The position numbers and the translations under genes were made by a program. The notes beneath the pieces were generated by a model that worked only from the letters and a program-made list of their open reading frames with translations, did not search any database and was not told the DNA's origin. Source: Candidatus Limnocylindrales bacterium (GTDB lineage: Bacteria > Vulcanimicrobiota > Vulcanimicrobiia > Vulcanimicrobiales > Vulcanimicrobiaceae). From it: DNA of 48,202 nt. Where the stretch lies: positions 1 to 48,202 of the forward strand of contig DATHLN010000136.1 in assembly GCA_035488115.1 (NCBI GenBank), written 5' to 3'. Position 1 is the first letter of the stretch; each line of letters opens with the position of its first letter. Of this stretch, positions 9,288-19,078 are shown in pieces.

Positions 9288-10934
9288 ATGACGGGCTTTC
9301 GTATCGCGAGCGCGGCCTTTGCCGTGGCGCTCGGCTTCGGTTCGGCCGCTTCGGCGCAGGTGCTTCCTCCGGGCGCTCCGGCGCCGGCCGGCGCCGCTAG
9401 CGCGCTGACGGCCGCGCAGGTCGCCGCGATCGACAAGATCGCCGCGACGGTTATCGAGCGCAAGGCGACGCCGTCGGTCGCGATCGGCGTCGCCAAGAAC
9501 GGGCGGCTGATCTTCGCCAAGGCGTACGGCTACCGGAATCTCGACGACCGCGTCCCGGCCGACGCCGAGACGATGTACGGGATCGGCTCGAACACCAAGC
9601 AGTTCACCGCCGCGGCGATCATGATGCTGCGCGACCAAGGGAAGATCGACGTCGACGCGCCGGTCTCGCGGTATCTGCCCGGGATCCCGCACGGCGGCGA
9701 GGTGAAGATTCGCAACCTGCTCACCCACACCGGCGGCTACGCGGAGTACACGGAGCTGCCCGACATCGACATGATCGGTGCGCGCCCCGCGACGAATCAG
9801 GAGATCCTCGACAGCGTCGTGAGCCGTCCGCTCGGGTTCAAGCCCGGCACGAAGTGGCAGTACTCGAACACCGGGTACGTGATGCTCGCGACGATCGTCG
9901 AGAAGCTCTCGGGGATGAGCTATCCCGAGTTCCTGCGCACGAAGATCTTCGAGCCGCTCGGAATGACGCGCACGCATTTCGGCGATGAACAGCTCGTCGA
10001 GACCGATCGCGCGACCGGCTACACCCGCTTCGCGATGGGCGAGCAAGAGCACGAGCAGCATCTCGATTACTCGTGGTTCTCCGGCGCGGGCGCGATCGAG
10101 AGCACGCTCGCCGACATGGAGCGATGGAACGACGCCATCGATCGGGGTTCGCTGCTCTCCGCGTCCTCGCGCGAGATGATGCACACCTCGTTCAAGCTCG
10201 CCGACGGCAGCGACACGAGCTACGGATTCGGCCTGTTTCTGCGGACGCTGCCCGGCGGAAAGCATGTCGTGCTCCACGGCGGAGATACGACCGGCTTCGG
10301 GACGCAGGACGCGCGCTTCGTCGAGGACGGCATCGACGTGATCGTCCTGACGAATCAGGAGCCGGCCTCGTACAATGCCGTCCTGAACGCGGTGTACGGC
10401 GCGATCGTGGCTGCGCCGCCGCGGCCGCTGCCGACGTCGACGCCCGCGCCGACCGGCCCGGCTCCCGCGACCGCCGCGAACCCCGCGCCCGCGCAGCCCG
10501 CGGTCCCGGCCGCGACGCCCTCGGCCGGACCGTCCGCTTCACCGACGCCGATCCCGTATGCGAAGCCCGAGGTCGACGCGCTCGCGCGCCGCTGGCTCGA
10601 CGACGCGATCGTCGGCAAGATCGACCTCACGAAGCTGAGCGCCGGCTCGCGCGCCTCGCTGCGGCTGCCGCGCTACCAGGCGGCGCTTCGCGACCTGGCC
10701 CGGTTCGGGCCGCGCACCTACCGGCTGGTCAACGTCGACCGGCGCGCTCCGAGCTCGTCGTACCAGTACCTCATGCTCACGCCGACGCGGACGCTGATCT
10801 ACATCTTCGGGATCGACGACGACGGGCTGATCTCCGGCGGCGACGTCTTCGACCCGAACCCGCTCGCGCCGGACCGGCCGGCCGCTCCCCCGGCCGCCAC
10901 GTCGCCCGCACCCTCGCCGAGCCCGTCACCGTAA
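9288..10934 (+). CDS. Secreted serine hydrolase (class C beta-lactamase/AmpC-like family) with Pro/Ala linker and extra C-terminal domain
   Basis: GSNTK (SxxK), LLTHTGG, YSN and HGG motifs; signal peptide from MTGFRIAS. Confidence 0.88.
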   Translation: MTGFRIASAAFAVALGFGSAASAQVLPPGAPAPAGAASALTAAQVAAIDKIAATVIERKATPSVAIGVAKNGRLIFAKAYGYRNLDDRVPADAETMYGIGSNTKQFTAAAIMMLRDQGKIDVDAPVSRYLPGIPHGGEVKIRNLLTHTGGYAEYTELPDIDMIGARPATNQEILDSVVSRPLGFKPGTKWQYSNTGYVMLATIVEKLSGMSYPEFLRTKIFEPLGMTRTHFGDEQLVETDRATGYTRFAMGEQEHEQHLDYSWFSGAGAIESTLADMERWNDAIDRGSLLSASSREMMHTSFKLADGSDTSYGFGLFLRTLPGGKHVVLHGGDTTGFGTQDARFVEDGIDVIVLTNQEPASYNAVLNAVYGAIVAAPPRPLPTSTPAPTGPAPATAANPAPAQPAVPAATPSAGPSASPTPIPYAKPEVDALARRWLDDAIVGKIDLTKLSAGSRASLRLPRYQAALRDLARFGPRTYRLVNVDRRAPSSSYQYLMLTPTRTLIYIFGIDDDGLISGGDVFDPNPLAPDRPAAPPAATSPAPSPSPSP

Positions 10935-10974
10935 GCGGGGTTACGGTGAATCCGGGCGGCGATGCGCTATCGTT

Positions 10975-11463
10975 ATGAGCACGATGAAGCGCAGCACCGT
11001 TCTCACCGCCCTCGCCGGTATCGTCCTCGCCGGACCGGCCGCCGCGGGTGCCGCCGTAACGCGCGTCGGGCACGTCACGCATAGCGACGCGGACTGGCGC
11101 AAGCTGCTCACGCCCGAAGCGTATCAGGTGCTTCGCCATGAGGGGACGGAACGGCCGTTCTCGAGCCCGCTCGACGAGGAGAAGCGGGCCGGGACGTACT
11201 TCTGCGCCGGCTGCGATCTCGCGCTGTTCTCGTCGAAGACGAAGTTCGACAGCGGCACCGGCTGGCCGAGCTTCTGGCAGCCGCTCCCGAACGCAGTGAA
11301 CACGCACCACGACAGCTCGCTGTTCATGGATCGTATCGCGGTGACGTGCGCCCGCTGCGACGGGCACCTCGGGCACGTCTTCGACGACGGGCCGAAGCCG
11401 ACGGGGCTGCGCTACTGCATGAACGGCGTCGCGCTGCGGTTCCGGCCTGGGCGCGCCGCGTAG
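10975..11463 (+). CDS. msrB: Peptide-methionine (R)-S-oxide reductase, probably exported
   Basis: GTERPF, CAGC, KFDSGTGWPSF, HLGHVFDDGP and RYCMNG; N-terminal signal-like segment. Confidence 0.96.
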   Translation: MSTMKRSTVLTALAGIVLAGPAAAGAAVTRVGHVTHSDADWRKLLTPEAYQVLRHEGTERPFSSPLDEEKRAGTYFCAGCDLALFSSKTKFDSGTGWPSFWQPLPNAVNTHHDSSLFMDRIAVTCARCDGHLGHVFDDGPKPTGLRYCMNGVALRFRPGRAA

Positions 11464-11828
11464 ATCGCAAAGAGAATCGCGAACAGCGCCTGCACGGGGA
11501 TCGGCGCGATGATCTTCCAGCTCGCCGGAACCGCGCCGTGCACGATCGCCAGCCAGGGCATGACGACGGCGAAGGCCTGGTCGAGCGCGCAGAGCCAGAA
11601 CAGCACGCGGAACCGCGCCGGATCCCGAAACGCAACGACGTAGATCAGCGCGACGACGATCAGCTCCGCGCCGCCCAATCCGGCGAGCGTCGCGTCATGC
11701 ATCGGGATGTCGAGGAGCGGCGGGATCAGCTGCGGTGCGAAGATCGCGAGCAGCCCGACGTAGAGATCGATCAGGAACCCGATCGCGAGCGCGACCCGGA
11801 CGATCAGCGTGAAAACATCGCGCTTCAT
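11412..11828 (-). CDS. Hypothetical 4-TM membrane protein
   Basis: Four hydrophobic segments; directly downstream of the carboxylase gene. Confidence 0.6.
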   Translation of the reverse strand: MKRDVFTLIVRVALAIGFLIDLYVGLLAIFAPQLIPPLLDIPMHDATLAGLGGAELIVVALIYVVAFRDPARFRVLFWLCALDQAFAVVMPWLAIVHGAVPASWKIIAPIPVQALFAILFAIYAARPGRNRSATPFMQ

Positions 11829-11838
11829 GCGGAGGGGC

Positions 11839-13698
11839 TCAGGAGAGCGTGACCAGCGGCGTGCGCGCTTCGACGGTCGTTCCCGGCTGAACGTGGACGG
11901 CGCTCACCATGCCCGCTTTGTGGGCGCGGATCTCGTTCATCATCTTCATCGCCTCGATGACCGCGACGACGTCGCCTTCGGCGACGGTAGCGCCTTGCTT
12001 CGCCGCGATTTCCACGACGACGCCGTGCATCGGTGCGACGACGTCGTTCCCCGCGCCCGCCGCCGACTTTCGCGCCGCGCCGCCTTTCTTCGGCGCGGTG
12101 GTCCTCGCCGCACCGGCCCGGCTCGCGGCCGCACCGTTCGCGACCGGTCCGCCACGCGGCATCGGGAGATCGACGAACCGCACACGGAACAGCCGCTCGT
12201 TCACCTCGACGCGAATCGAGTCGTCCGCCTCCGCGTCACCGTGAGCCCGGCCGCCTGCCTCGATGTCACCCCGAGACCCGTGCCCCGCCGCGACGTCACC
12301 CTGAGCTTGTCGAAGGGTGAGCGACGCAGCAAAAGGCTCGAGCGTAGCCGTCCCGTACGACGCATCCCGAACATCATCGAAATCCACGAGCGCCCGAAGC
12401 AGCGGCAGGGTCGTCGGCACGCCCGTGATCACATACTCGTCGATCGCGCGCCCGAGCCGTTCCAGCGTCTCCTCGCGCGTCCGCCCGCGCACGATCAGCT
12501 TCGCGATCATCGAGTCGTAGTCGGGCGTGATCGTGAACCCGGGATACGCCGCCGAGTCGACGCGCACGCCGAACCCGCCCGGCTCCTTGTAGCGCTCCAC
12601 CGTCCCCGGCGCCGGCCGAAAATTCTGCGCCGGGTCTTCCGCGTTGACCCGCACCTCGATCGCGTGCCCGCGGAATCCCGCCTCGACCTGCTCTTGCGTG
12701 AACGAAAGCGGCCGCCCAGCGGCGACGAGGATCTGCTCGCGCACGAGGTCGATCCCCGAGATTTCCTCGGACACGGTGTGCTCGACCTGAATGCGCGTGT
12801 TCATTTCGAGAAAGTAGAACGCGTCGCCGCTGACGAGACACTCGATCGTCCCGGCCGAGTCGTAGCCGATCGCTCGCGCCGCCTGCACGCCGGCCGCGCG
12901 TAATCCCGCCCGCACGCCATCGGGGATCAGCGCGGGCGCCTCTTCCCACAGCTTCTGATGCCGGCGCTGCAGCGAGCAGTCGCGCTCGCCCACGTGCAGC
13001 ACGTTGCCGTGCTTGTCGGCGAGGACTTGCAGCTCGACGTGCTTCGGGTTCTCGAGATAGCGCTCGACGTAGATGGTCGGGTTGCCGAAGTACGCGCTCG
13101 CCTCGCGCTGCGCCGTCGAGAACGCCGACTCCAGCTCTTCGACGCTGCGCGCGACCTTGAGCCCCTTGCCGCCACCACCGCCGGACGCCTTGAGCGCGAG
13201 CGGAAGCCCGTATTTTTCGGCCGCCTGCTGCGCGGCGCGCGCGTCCGCGATGGAGTCCGTCCCGCCCGGGACGACCGGGACGCCGGCCGCGACCATCGCT
13301 TGACGGGCGCGAATCTTGTCGCCCATCGCGTCGATCGCTTCAGGATGCGGACCGATCCACGTAATTCCGGCCTCGATCACGCGCCGCGCGAAGGCGGCGT
13401 TCTCCGCGAAGAACCCGTAGCCCGGATGGATGGCATCCGCGCCCGAGCGGCGCGCCACGTCGAGCAGCTTGTCGGCGTTCAGATACGACTGCGACGGTGC
13501 CGCGCCGCCGAGATGATAGGCCTCGTCCGCATAGCGCACGTGCAGCGCATCGCGGTCGGCGTCGGAATAGACCGCGATCGTGCCGCAGCCGAGCTCTCTC
13601 GCGCTGCGCATGACCCGAATCGCGATCTCACCGCGGTTCGCGACGAGGATCTTCCGAAACGGTCGCGCGTCGCGCGACTCGCGCGGCGCGTCAGTCAT
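11839..13698 (-). CDS. Acetyl/propionyl-CoA carboxylase alpha subunit (biotin carboxylase fused to biotin carrier)
   Basis: ILVANRGEIA, HPGYGF, GGGGKG, RDCSLQRRHQK, EMNTRIQVEH and C-terminal EAMKM. Confidence 0.95.
   Translation of the reverse strand: MTDAPRESRDARPFRKILVANRGEIAIRVMRSARELGCGTIAVYSDADRDALHVRYADEAYHLGGAAPSQSYLNADKLLDVARRSGADAIHPGYGFFAENAAFARRVIEAGITWIGPHPEAIDAMGDKIRARQAMVAAGVPVVPGGTDSIADARAAQQAAEKYGLPLALKASGGGGGKGLKVARSVEELESAFSTAQREASAYFGNPTIYVERYLENPKHVELQVLADKHGNVLHVGERDCSLQRRHQKLWEEAPALIPDGVRAGLRAAGVQAARAIGYDSAGTIECLVSGDAFYFLEMNTRIQVEHTVSEEISGIDLVREQILVAAGRPLSFTQEQVEAGFRGHAIEVRVNAEDPAQNFRPAPGTVERYKEPGGFGVRVDSAAYPGFTITPDYDSMIAKLIVRGRTREETLERLGRAIDEYVITGVPTTLPLLRALVDFDDVRDASYGTATLEPFAASLTLRQAQGDVAAGHGSRGDIEAGGRAHGDAEADDSIRVEVNERLFRVRFVDLPMPRGGPVANGAAASRAGAARTTAPKKGGAARKSAAGAGNDVVAPMHGVVVEIAAKQGATVAEGDVVAVIEAMKMMNEIRAHKAGMVSAVHVQPGTTVEARTPLVTLS
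12295..12317. repeat. REP-like repeat copy, intragenic and in frame
   Basis: gtcaccctgagcttgtcgaaggg matches the reverse complement of the intergenic ccttcgacaagctcaggatgac copies. Confidence 0.8.
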
Positions 13699-13891
13699 CG
13701 AGCCGATCCGCCAAGCGCCAGCGTGAGCCCGACGGGACGGCTCCGCGCATGCGATCCAGATCAGCGGAATCGAGCCGTCCGGCCAAGCGCCAGCGCCGCG
13801 TCTCGGTCGGCGCCGGCGTCTCTTCGCTGTGCGTCACGGCGAGATACGCGACGGCGATCGCCGCGAGCTCGTCGGCGGTCGGGACGTGCAT
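13691..13891 (-). CDS. Small protein, acyl-CoA carboxylase epsilon subunit-like
   Basis: PTADELAAIAVA...RWRLAGR pattern; overlaps the start of the alpha subunit. Confidence 0.6.
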   Translation of the reverse strand: MHVPTADELAAIAVAYLAVTHSEETPAPTETRRWRLAGRLDSADLDRMRGAVPSGSRWRLADRLDD

Positions 13892-14667
13892 TAGCTCTGA
13901 GCCGCCTCCGGATACATCCCCATCGCATGGTATCCCGCGTCCACGAAGTGCACGTCGGCGGTGATCTGCGACGAAAGGTCGGAGGCGAGATACACCGCGA
14001 CGTTCCCGACGTCTTCCGCGGTCACGTTCCGCTGCAAGGGTGAAGCGGCCGCGACCTTCGCGGGCATCGATCCGAAGCCCGCGACCTGACGCGAGGAAGC
14101 AGTCTTGATCGGCCCCGCCGAGATGGCATTCACGCGGATCCCGCGCGAGCCGAGATCGAAGGCGAGATACCGCACCGACGCCTCGAGCGCGGCCTTCGCG
14201 ATCCCGGCGATGTTGTAGTTCGGGACGATCTGCGTCGCACCGAGATAGGTGAGCGCCATGATGGAGGCGCCGTCGTTGAAGTTGTCGACGAGGTGGCCGA
14301 CCAGCGTGATGAGCGAGTACGCGCTGATGTCCATCGCCATCGCGAACCCGTCACGCGAGGTCGTGTAGACCTTCCCCGAGAGATCTTCTTTCTTGACGAA
14401 CGCGATCGAGTGAACCAGCCCGTCGATCTTCCCGGCGCGTTCGGCGAGCGCGCGCAGCGAGGCGTCGCTCGTGACGTCGCACTCGAAGACCGGGGCGTTC
14501 CCGAACTCCTCGGCGTGCGAGCGGACCGCGTCCTCGACGCGTTCCCCCTGATAGGTCAGGATCAGCTTCGCGCCGTGCTCGTGGAGCCGGCGCACGATCC
14601 CGCTGGCGATCGACCACCGGTTGGCGACCCCGGTGACGAGAATGGTCTTTCCGTCGAGCAATCCCAC
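13891..14667 (-). CDS. fabI: Enoyl-ACP reductase
   Basis: GVANRWSIA, LVHSIAF, YNIAGIAKAALE and NAISAGPIKT. Confidence 0.93.
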   Translation of the reverse strand: MGLLDGKTILVTGVANRWSIASGIVRRLHEHGAKLILTYQGERVEDAVRSHAEEFGNAPVFECDVTSDASLRALAERAGKIDGLVHSIAFVKKEDLSGKVYTTSRDGFAMAMDISAYSLITLVGHLVDNFNDGASIMALTYLGATQIVPNYNIAGIAKAALEASVRYLAFDLGSRGIRVNAISAGPIKTASSRQVAGFGSMPAKVAAASPLQRNVTAEDVGNVAVYLASDLSSQITADVHFVDAGYHAMGMYPEAAQS

Positions 14668-14723
14668 GAGGACCGGTCATCGGCCGCCACGGTCCGACAA
14701 CCCTTTCGCCCGACGGTCGGCCC

Positions 14724-15260
14724 CTAGTCCCCGCTCCCCACCCGCGCCTGTGCAGCCTCCGCCATCCGTAGGTGCCGCGTGTCAACGGTGACCGTCGTGC
14801 GCAAGTAGGCGCGAACGGCCGGCGTGGTCGCGAACTCCAGCGCGTCGTGCGCGGTCTGGATATCGCTCTTGTGCGCGTCGACAAGCGCGCTGACGTACTC
14901 CCGGTCGAACTTCGCGCCGCTGTAGCGAGCGAGATGGCTGAGCTCGATCTGGTTGTCGTCGCCGGGTTTGAGCTGCGCCTGCTCGTCGCCGATCTGCCGT
15001 GCGACGTCCATACCGGCCAGCGCGGTGCGCGTGTGATCGCGCACCATCGCCTGCGCCAGCGCGCGAGCGGAAGGATCAGTCGCCTTCTGAAGGCCCAACC
15101 GGCCGAGCTGCACGTCGCCGACCGAGTCCTCGACGAAGAAGGAGATCGCCGACTGCTCGCCTTCGCTCACCGACGTTTTGGGCGACGGAAGACTCTGTGC
15201 GGATGCAGGTATCCAGAGAACGGCGACCAGCGCGGCGCCGACGAGGAGGTGTTTGTTCAT
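14724..15260 (-). CDS. DUF4142 domain secreted protein
   Basis: LAQAMVRDH, FDREYV...H and HLRMA; signal peptide from MNKHLL. Confidence 0.8.
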   Translation of the reverse strand: MNKHLLVGAALVAVLWIPASAQSLPSPKTSVSEGEQSAISFFVEDSVGDVQLGRLGLQKATDPSARALAQAMVRDHTRTALAGMDVARQIGDEQAQLKPGDDNQIELSHLARYSGAKFDREYVSALVDAHKSDIQTAHDALEFATTPAVRAYLRTTVTVDTRHLRMAEAAQARVGSGD

Positions 15261-15658
15261 CGCTCGTTTGTCCCCGCCGATCGGTCGTACGTCGCAGGCG
15301 GGCACTCCTCCGCCAACCCTCCCGCCGCCTCGTACGCCTTCGCCCAACCGCCGCTCAGGACGAAGCGCGGAAAGGTGATGAACTGCTCCGCGAAGATGCG
15401 AGCGAGCGCGTTCCCCGGCCCCGCGAACGGAATCGGCCGCTCCGCCTCGATCCCATGCCCGCGTCCCTGCGCAGCGAAGGCACCGGCCGCGACCACCGCA
15501 CAGCCGAGCGCCGCGAGCGGTGCTCTTACGACGAGCGAGGCCGCGACGCCGACCGTGGCGACGTCGAACACCGGCACGGCGAGTGCGTGGATGAGTAGGT
15601 TTTTCCGGTCGGCGTGAACGCGCGGGTAGTCACTGAGCTGGTCGGCGAGAAAAGACAT
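15257..15658 (-). CDS. DUF962/Mpo1-like membrane protein
   Basis: YPRVHADRKNLLIHALAVP and QGRGHGIE. Confidence 0.7.
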   Translation of the reverse strand: MSFLADQLSDYPRVHADRKNLLIHALAVPVFDVATVGVAASLVVRAPLAALGCAVVAAGAFAAQGRGHGIEAERPIPFAGPGNALARIFAEQFITFPRFVLSGGWAKAYEAAGGLAEECPPATYDRSAGTNER

Positions 15659-15686
15659 GAGCGCCCTCGATTCGGTGTCGCGCTAT

Positions 15687-17258
15687 CTACAGCGGAATGT
15701 TGCCGTGCTTGCGTTTCGGCCGTTCCACGCGTTTGTTGGCCAGCGCGTCGAGCGCTCGCGACACCGCGCGGCGGGTTTCCGATGCGTTGATGACGTCGTC
15801 GACGTAGCCGCGTTGGGCGGCGATGAACGGGTTGGCGAAATGGTCGGTGTACTCCGCGGCGAGCTCGGCGGCTTTTGCGTCGGGGTCGGGGGCTTCCGCG
15901 ATCTCGCGGCGGTTCAGGATTTTCACGGCACCGCTGGCCCCCATTACGGCGATTTCGGCGGTGGGCCAGGCGAAATTGAAGTCGGCGCGGATGTGCTTCG
16001 AGGACATGACGTCGTACGCGCCGCCGTAGGCCTTGCGCGTGATGACCGTGATCTTCGGGACCGTCGCTTCGGCGAACGCGAAGAGCAGCTTCGCGCCGTG
16101 CTTGATGATGCCGCCCCATTCCTGACTGGTTCCCGGCAAAAACCCCGGCACGTCGACGAACGTCAACAGCGGCACGTTGAACGCGTCGCAGAACCGCACG
16201 AACCGCGCCGCCTTGATGGACGCGTTGATGTCGAGCACGCCGGCGAGCGACATCGGCTGGTTCGCGACGACGCCGACGCTGCGGCCGCCGACGCGGCCGA
16301 ACCCGATCACCACGTTCTGCGCCCAAAGCGGCAGGATCTCGAAGAAGTCGCCGTCGTCGAGCACCGGGACGATCGCATCGACGATGTCGTATGGCTTGTT
16401 CGGCGAATCCGGTATCAGGTCGTCGAGCTCCGGTGCGGTGCGCAGCGGATCGTCGTCGGTTGCGACGAGCGGCGGATCGTCCAGGTTGTTCGACGGGATG
16501 AACGAGAGCAGCCGGCGGCAGTGCTCGTTCATCTCGTCCTCGTCGGCCGCGGTGAGATGCGCGACGCCGCTTCTCGTCGCGTGGGTCATCGCTCCGCCGA
16601 GCTCCTCGAAGCTCACGTCCTCGCCGGTCACCGTCTTCGTCACGTCCGGACCGGTGATGAACATCTGCGAGATGCCTTCGACCATCACCGTGAAGTCGGT
16701 GATCGCCGGCGAGTACACCGCGCCGCCCGCGCATGGCCCCGCGATCAGACTGATCTGTGGGATCACGCCGGACGCCTGCACGTTCCGCCAGAAGATTTCC
16801 GCATAGCCGCCGAGGCTCACGACGCCTTCCTGGATCCGCGCGCCGCCCGAATCGTTGATCCCGATCATCGGCGACCCGGTCCGCACGGCGAGATCCATCA
16901 CCTTGCAGATCTTCTCGGCGAAGACTTCGCCGAGCGAGCCGCCGAGCACCGTGAAGTCCTGCGAGAACAGGAAGACCTGACGACCGTCGATCGTCGCATG
17001 GCCCGTCACCACGCCGTCGCCGAGGAATTGCCGCTCGTCCAGACCGAACGCGGTCGTCCGGTGAACGGCGAAACGGTCGAGTTCGACGAAGGATTCGGGA
17101 TCGACCAACGCCTCGATTCGCTCGCGCGCCGTGCGTTTTCCGCGCGCGCGCTGGCGTTCGTTGGCCTCTTCGCCGGCGGGTGCGAGCGCTTCGGCGCGCA
17201 TAGCCTCTAGGCGGTGATAGGCGCGGTCGTGCGCCGATTCTGGTTCCGTTGCGGCCAT
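15687..17258 (-). CDS. pccB: Acyl-CoA (propionyl-CoA) carboxylase carboxyltransferase beta subunit
   Basis: [48 protein letters not shown] and KHGNIPL. Start set at MAATE because the ORF-track start lies inside a REP. Confidence 0.92.
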   Translation of the reverse strand: MAATEPESAHDRAYHRLEAMRAEALAPAGEEANERQRARGKRTARERIEALVDPESFVELDRFAVHRTTAFGLDERQFLGDGVVTGHATIDGRQVFLFSQDFTVLGGSLGEVFAEKICKVMDLAVRTGSPMIGINDSGGARIQEGVVSLGGYAEIFWRNVQASGVIPQISLIAGPCAGGAVYSPAITDFTVMVEGISQMFITGPDVTKTVTGEDVSFEELGGAMTHATRSGVAHLTAADEDEMNEHCRRLLSFIPSNNLDDPPLVATDDDPLRTAPELDDLIPDSPNKPYDIVDAIVPVLDDGDFFEILPLWAQNVVIGFGRVGGRSVGVVANQPMSLAGVLDINASIKAARFVRFCDAFNVPLLTFVDVPGFLPGTSQEWGGIIKHGAKLLFAFAEATVPKITVITRKAYGGAYDVMSSKHIRADFNFAWPTAEIAVMGASGAVKILNRREIAEAPDPDAKAAELAAEYTDHFANPFIAAQRGYVDDVINASETRRAVSRALDALANKRVERPKRKHGNIPL

Positions 17259-17311
17259 CGCGCGGCTCTTCGGCGCGGTCGCGCGGACTACCGGCAGCCC
17301 CTCGATTGGCT

Positions 17312-17338
17312 CATCCTTCGACAAGCTCAGGATGACAT
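17312..17338. repeat. REP-like repeat
   Basis: catccttcgacaagctcaggatgacat, identical to the core at 38565-38591; catcct/aggatg palindromic ends. Confidence 0.85.
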
Positions 17339-17361
17339 GGGAGCAAGGCGCCTTTGGCGCG

Positions 17362-17673
17362 CTACCAGATGCCGAGGGCTAGCTTGACGTCCTCGCTCGC
17401 CATCGTGCGCGGGTCCCAGGGCGGGCTGAACGTGATCTCGACGTTGGCGTTCTTCACGCCCTCGACGCTCTCGACTTTGCTCTGAACCGCCTGCTTGAAC
17501 ATCGGGCCGACCGGGCACATCGGCGAGGTCAGCGTCATCGTCACCGTGACGTCCTCGCCTTGCGGGCCCTCGCACACGACGTCGTAGACCAGGCCTAGGT
17601 CGAGGATGCCCATCATCAGCTCGGGGTCCTCGACGTCCTTGAGCGCTTCGCGCACCACTTCCGCGGTTACCAT
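17362..17673 (-). CDS. Metal-sulfur cluster assembly factor (DUF59/SufT/PaaD-like)
   Basis: VEDPEL...[14 protein letters not shown] and PPWDP. Confidence 0.9.
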   Translation of the reverse strand: MVTAEVVREALKDVEDPELMMGILDLGLVYDVVCEGPQGEDVTVTMTLTSPMCPVGPMFKQAVQSKVESVEGVKNANVEITFSPPWDPRTMASEDVKLALGIW

Positions 17674-17680
17674 ACGGCAC

Positions 17681-18367
17681 CTACGATTCGGCGATGGGCT
17701 CTAAGGTTACGACCCGGTCCACCGGCTGCCGTCCCAGCACGAACGGCCACGGCTGGGGCGCGAACCGCCGCGCTAGCCGAATCGCCGGCGCCATCAGCAG
17801 CAGCAGGCCGAACGAAAACGGCCCGAGCGTCAACACAGCAGCCATCGCTACCGCGAACGTCGGCACGATGACGAACCCGGCGAGCGCAGGGCGCCACGCC
17901 TCATGCCGCTCCGCTTCGTCGAGCACGCTCCACGCGCGCCGAAGTCCGCGCAGGTTCAGCGCCCAGCTGAAGATCGAAATGCCGAGGAAGACGCCGAGGT
18001 ACAGCGCGACGCTCGGCGCCGCGTACGAGCCCTCCGGACCGAGCAGCCGCATATAGGTGATCAGCGCGAACGGCACCAGCGCGATGAACGAAAGCAGCGC
18101 GAACAGCAGCGCGAGATCGAGCCGCCGAGGCGCGAACCCGATCGCCATGATGCGGTGGAAGCGCAGCCAGAACATCGCGACGAACTCGAAAGCCGCGAAA
18201 GAAACGAAGTAGTTCATCGGATGCCCGAAGACGTCGGCGGGCGTCTTCGGAATCTGCAGCTGTAGCGCGAGCGTCGACATCGAGAACCCGATCACGATGT
18301 CGCCGAACGACTCCAGCCGGCCGACCAGATGCCGTTCGCCGAGCGGGAGCGTTTGCCGGTACCGCAT
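17681..18367 (-). CDS. TMEM175/DUF1211 family membrane protein (putative K+ channel)
   Basis: RLESFGD (variant of RLEAFSD), FWLRFHR and LVPF; about six TM segments. Confidence 0.75.
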   Translation of the reverse strand: MRYRQTLPLGERHLVGRLESFGDIVIGFSMSTLALQLQIPKTPADVFGHPMNYFVSFAAFEFVAMFWLRFHRIMAIGFAPRRLDLALLFALLSFIALVPFALITYMRLLGPEGSYAAPSVALYLGVFLGISIFSWALNLRGLRRAWSVLDEAERHEAWRPALAGFVIVPTFAVAMAAVLTLGPFSFGLLLLMAPAIRLARRFAPQPWPFVLGRQPVDRVVTLEPIAES

Positions 18368-18382
18368 CCCGCCCCGCCGCGA

Positions 18383-19078
18383 TCAGACCGCTAGGTAGCG
18401 GTGCATCATCGCCTCGTCGGCCTTCAGCTCCGCGATCGTCCCCTGGCCGACGACGCGGCCGGTCGCGAGCACGTAGCCGCGGTCGGAGAGGCTCATCGCG
18501 ACCTGCGCGTTCTGCTCGACGAGCAGCACCGTGTGGCCCTCGCTGCGCAGGTTGCGCACGACCTCCTCGACGTTCCGCGCGATCAGCGGCGCGAGCCCTT
18601 CCATCGGCTCGTCGAGCAGGATGATCTCCGGATTGGCGATCAGCGCGCGCGCGATCGCGAGCATCTGCTGCTCGCCGCCGCTCAGCTTCGCCGGCTTGTC
18701 GCGGCGCTCGCCGAGCACCTCGAAGTAGTCGTAGATCCGCTTCTCGGTCCACGCGCCTTTGCGCCCCGAGAGCGCCGCGAGACGGAGGTTCTCACCGACC
18801 GTCAGGTTCGGGAAGATGCGCCGGTCCTCGGGGACGAACGCGATCCCGCTCTGCGCGACCGAGAACGGGCTCTTGTTCGTGATCTCCTTGCCCTTGAACC
18901 GCACCGTTCCGGTGCGCGCCGGGACGAGGCCCATGATCGTCTTGCAGGTCGTCGAGCGGCCCGAGCCGTTGCGGCCGAGCAGCGCGACGACCTCGCCCTC
19001 GTCGACGACCAGCGAGACGTTCTGCAGGACGTGCGACTTGTCGTAGTAGGCGTTGACGCCTTCGAGCTCGAGCAGCAC
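18383..19078 (-). CDS. livF: Branched-chain amino acid-type ABC transporter ATPase (LivF-like)
   Basis: GRNGSGRST, LSGGEQQML, LLDEP and LLVEQN. Confidence 0.88.
   Translation of the reverse strand: MLLELEGVNAYYDKSHVLQNVSLVVDEGEVVALLGRNGSGRSTTCKTIMGLVPARTGTVRFKGKEITNKSPFSVAQSGIAFVPEDRRIFPNLTVGENLRLAALSGRKGAWTEKRIYDYFEVLGERRDKPAKLSGGEQQMLAIARALIANPEIILLDEPMEGLAPLIARNVEEVVRNLRSEGHTVLLVEQNAQVAMSLSDRGYVLATGRVVGQGTIAELKADEAMMHRYLAV

Noticed and set aside
9288-10934. Antibiotic-resistance island (two serine hydrolases, BlaI/BlaR-like pair, pentapeptide proteins as Qnr)
   Set aside because: Genes are dispersed with host-like composition and no mobility genes; the pentapeptide proteins are exported, unlike cytoplasmic Qnr/MfpA.
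17259-17324. TTG start and N-terminal extension of pccB
   Set aside because: The start codon lies inside the REP-like repeat; ATG at 17258 is more plausible.
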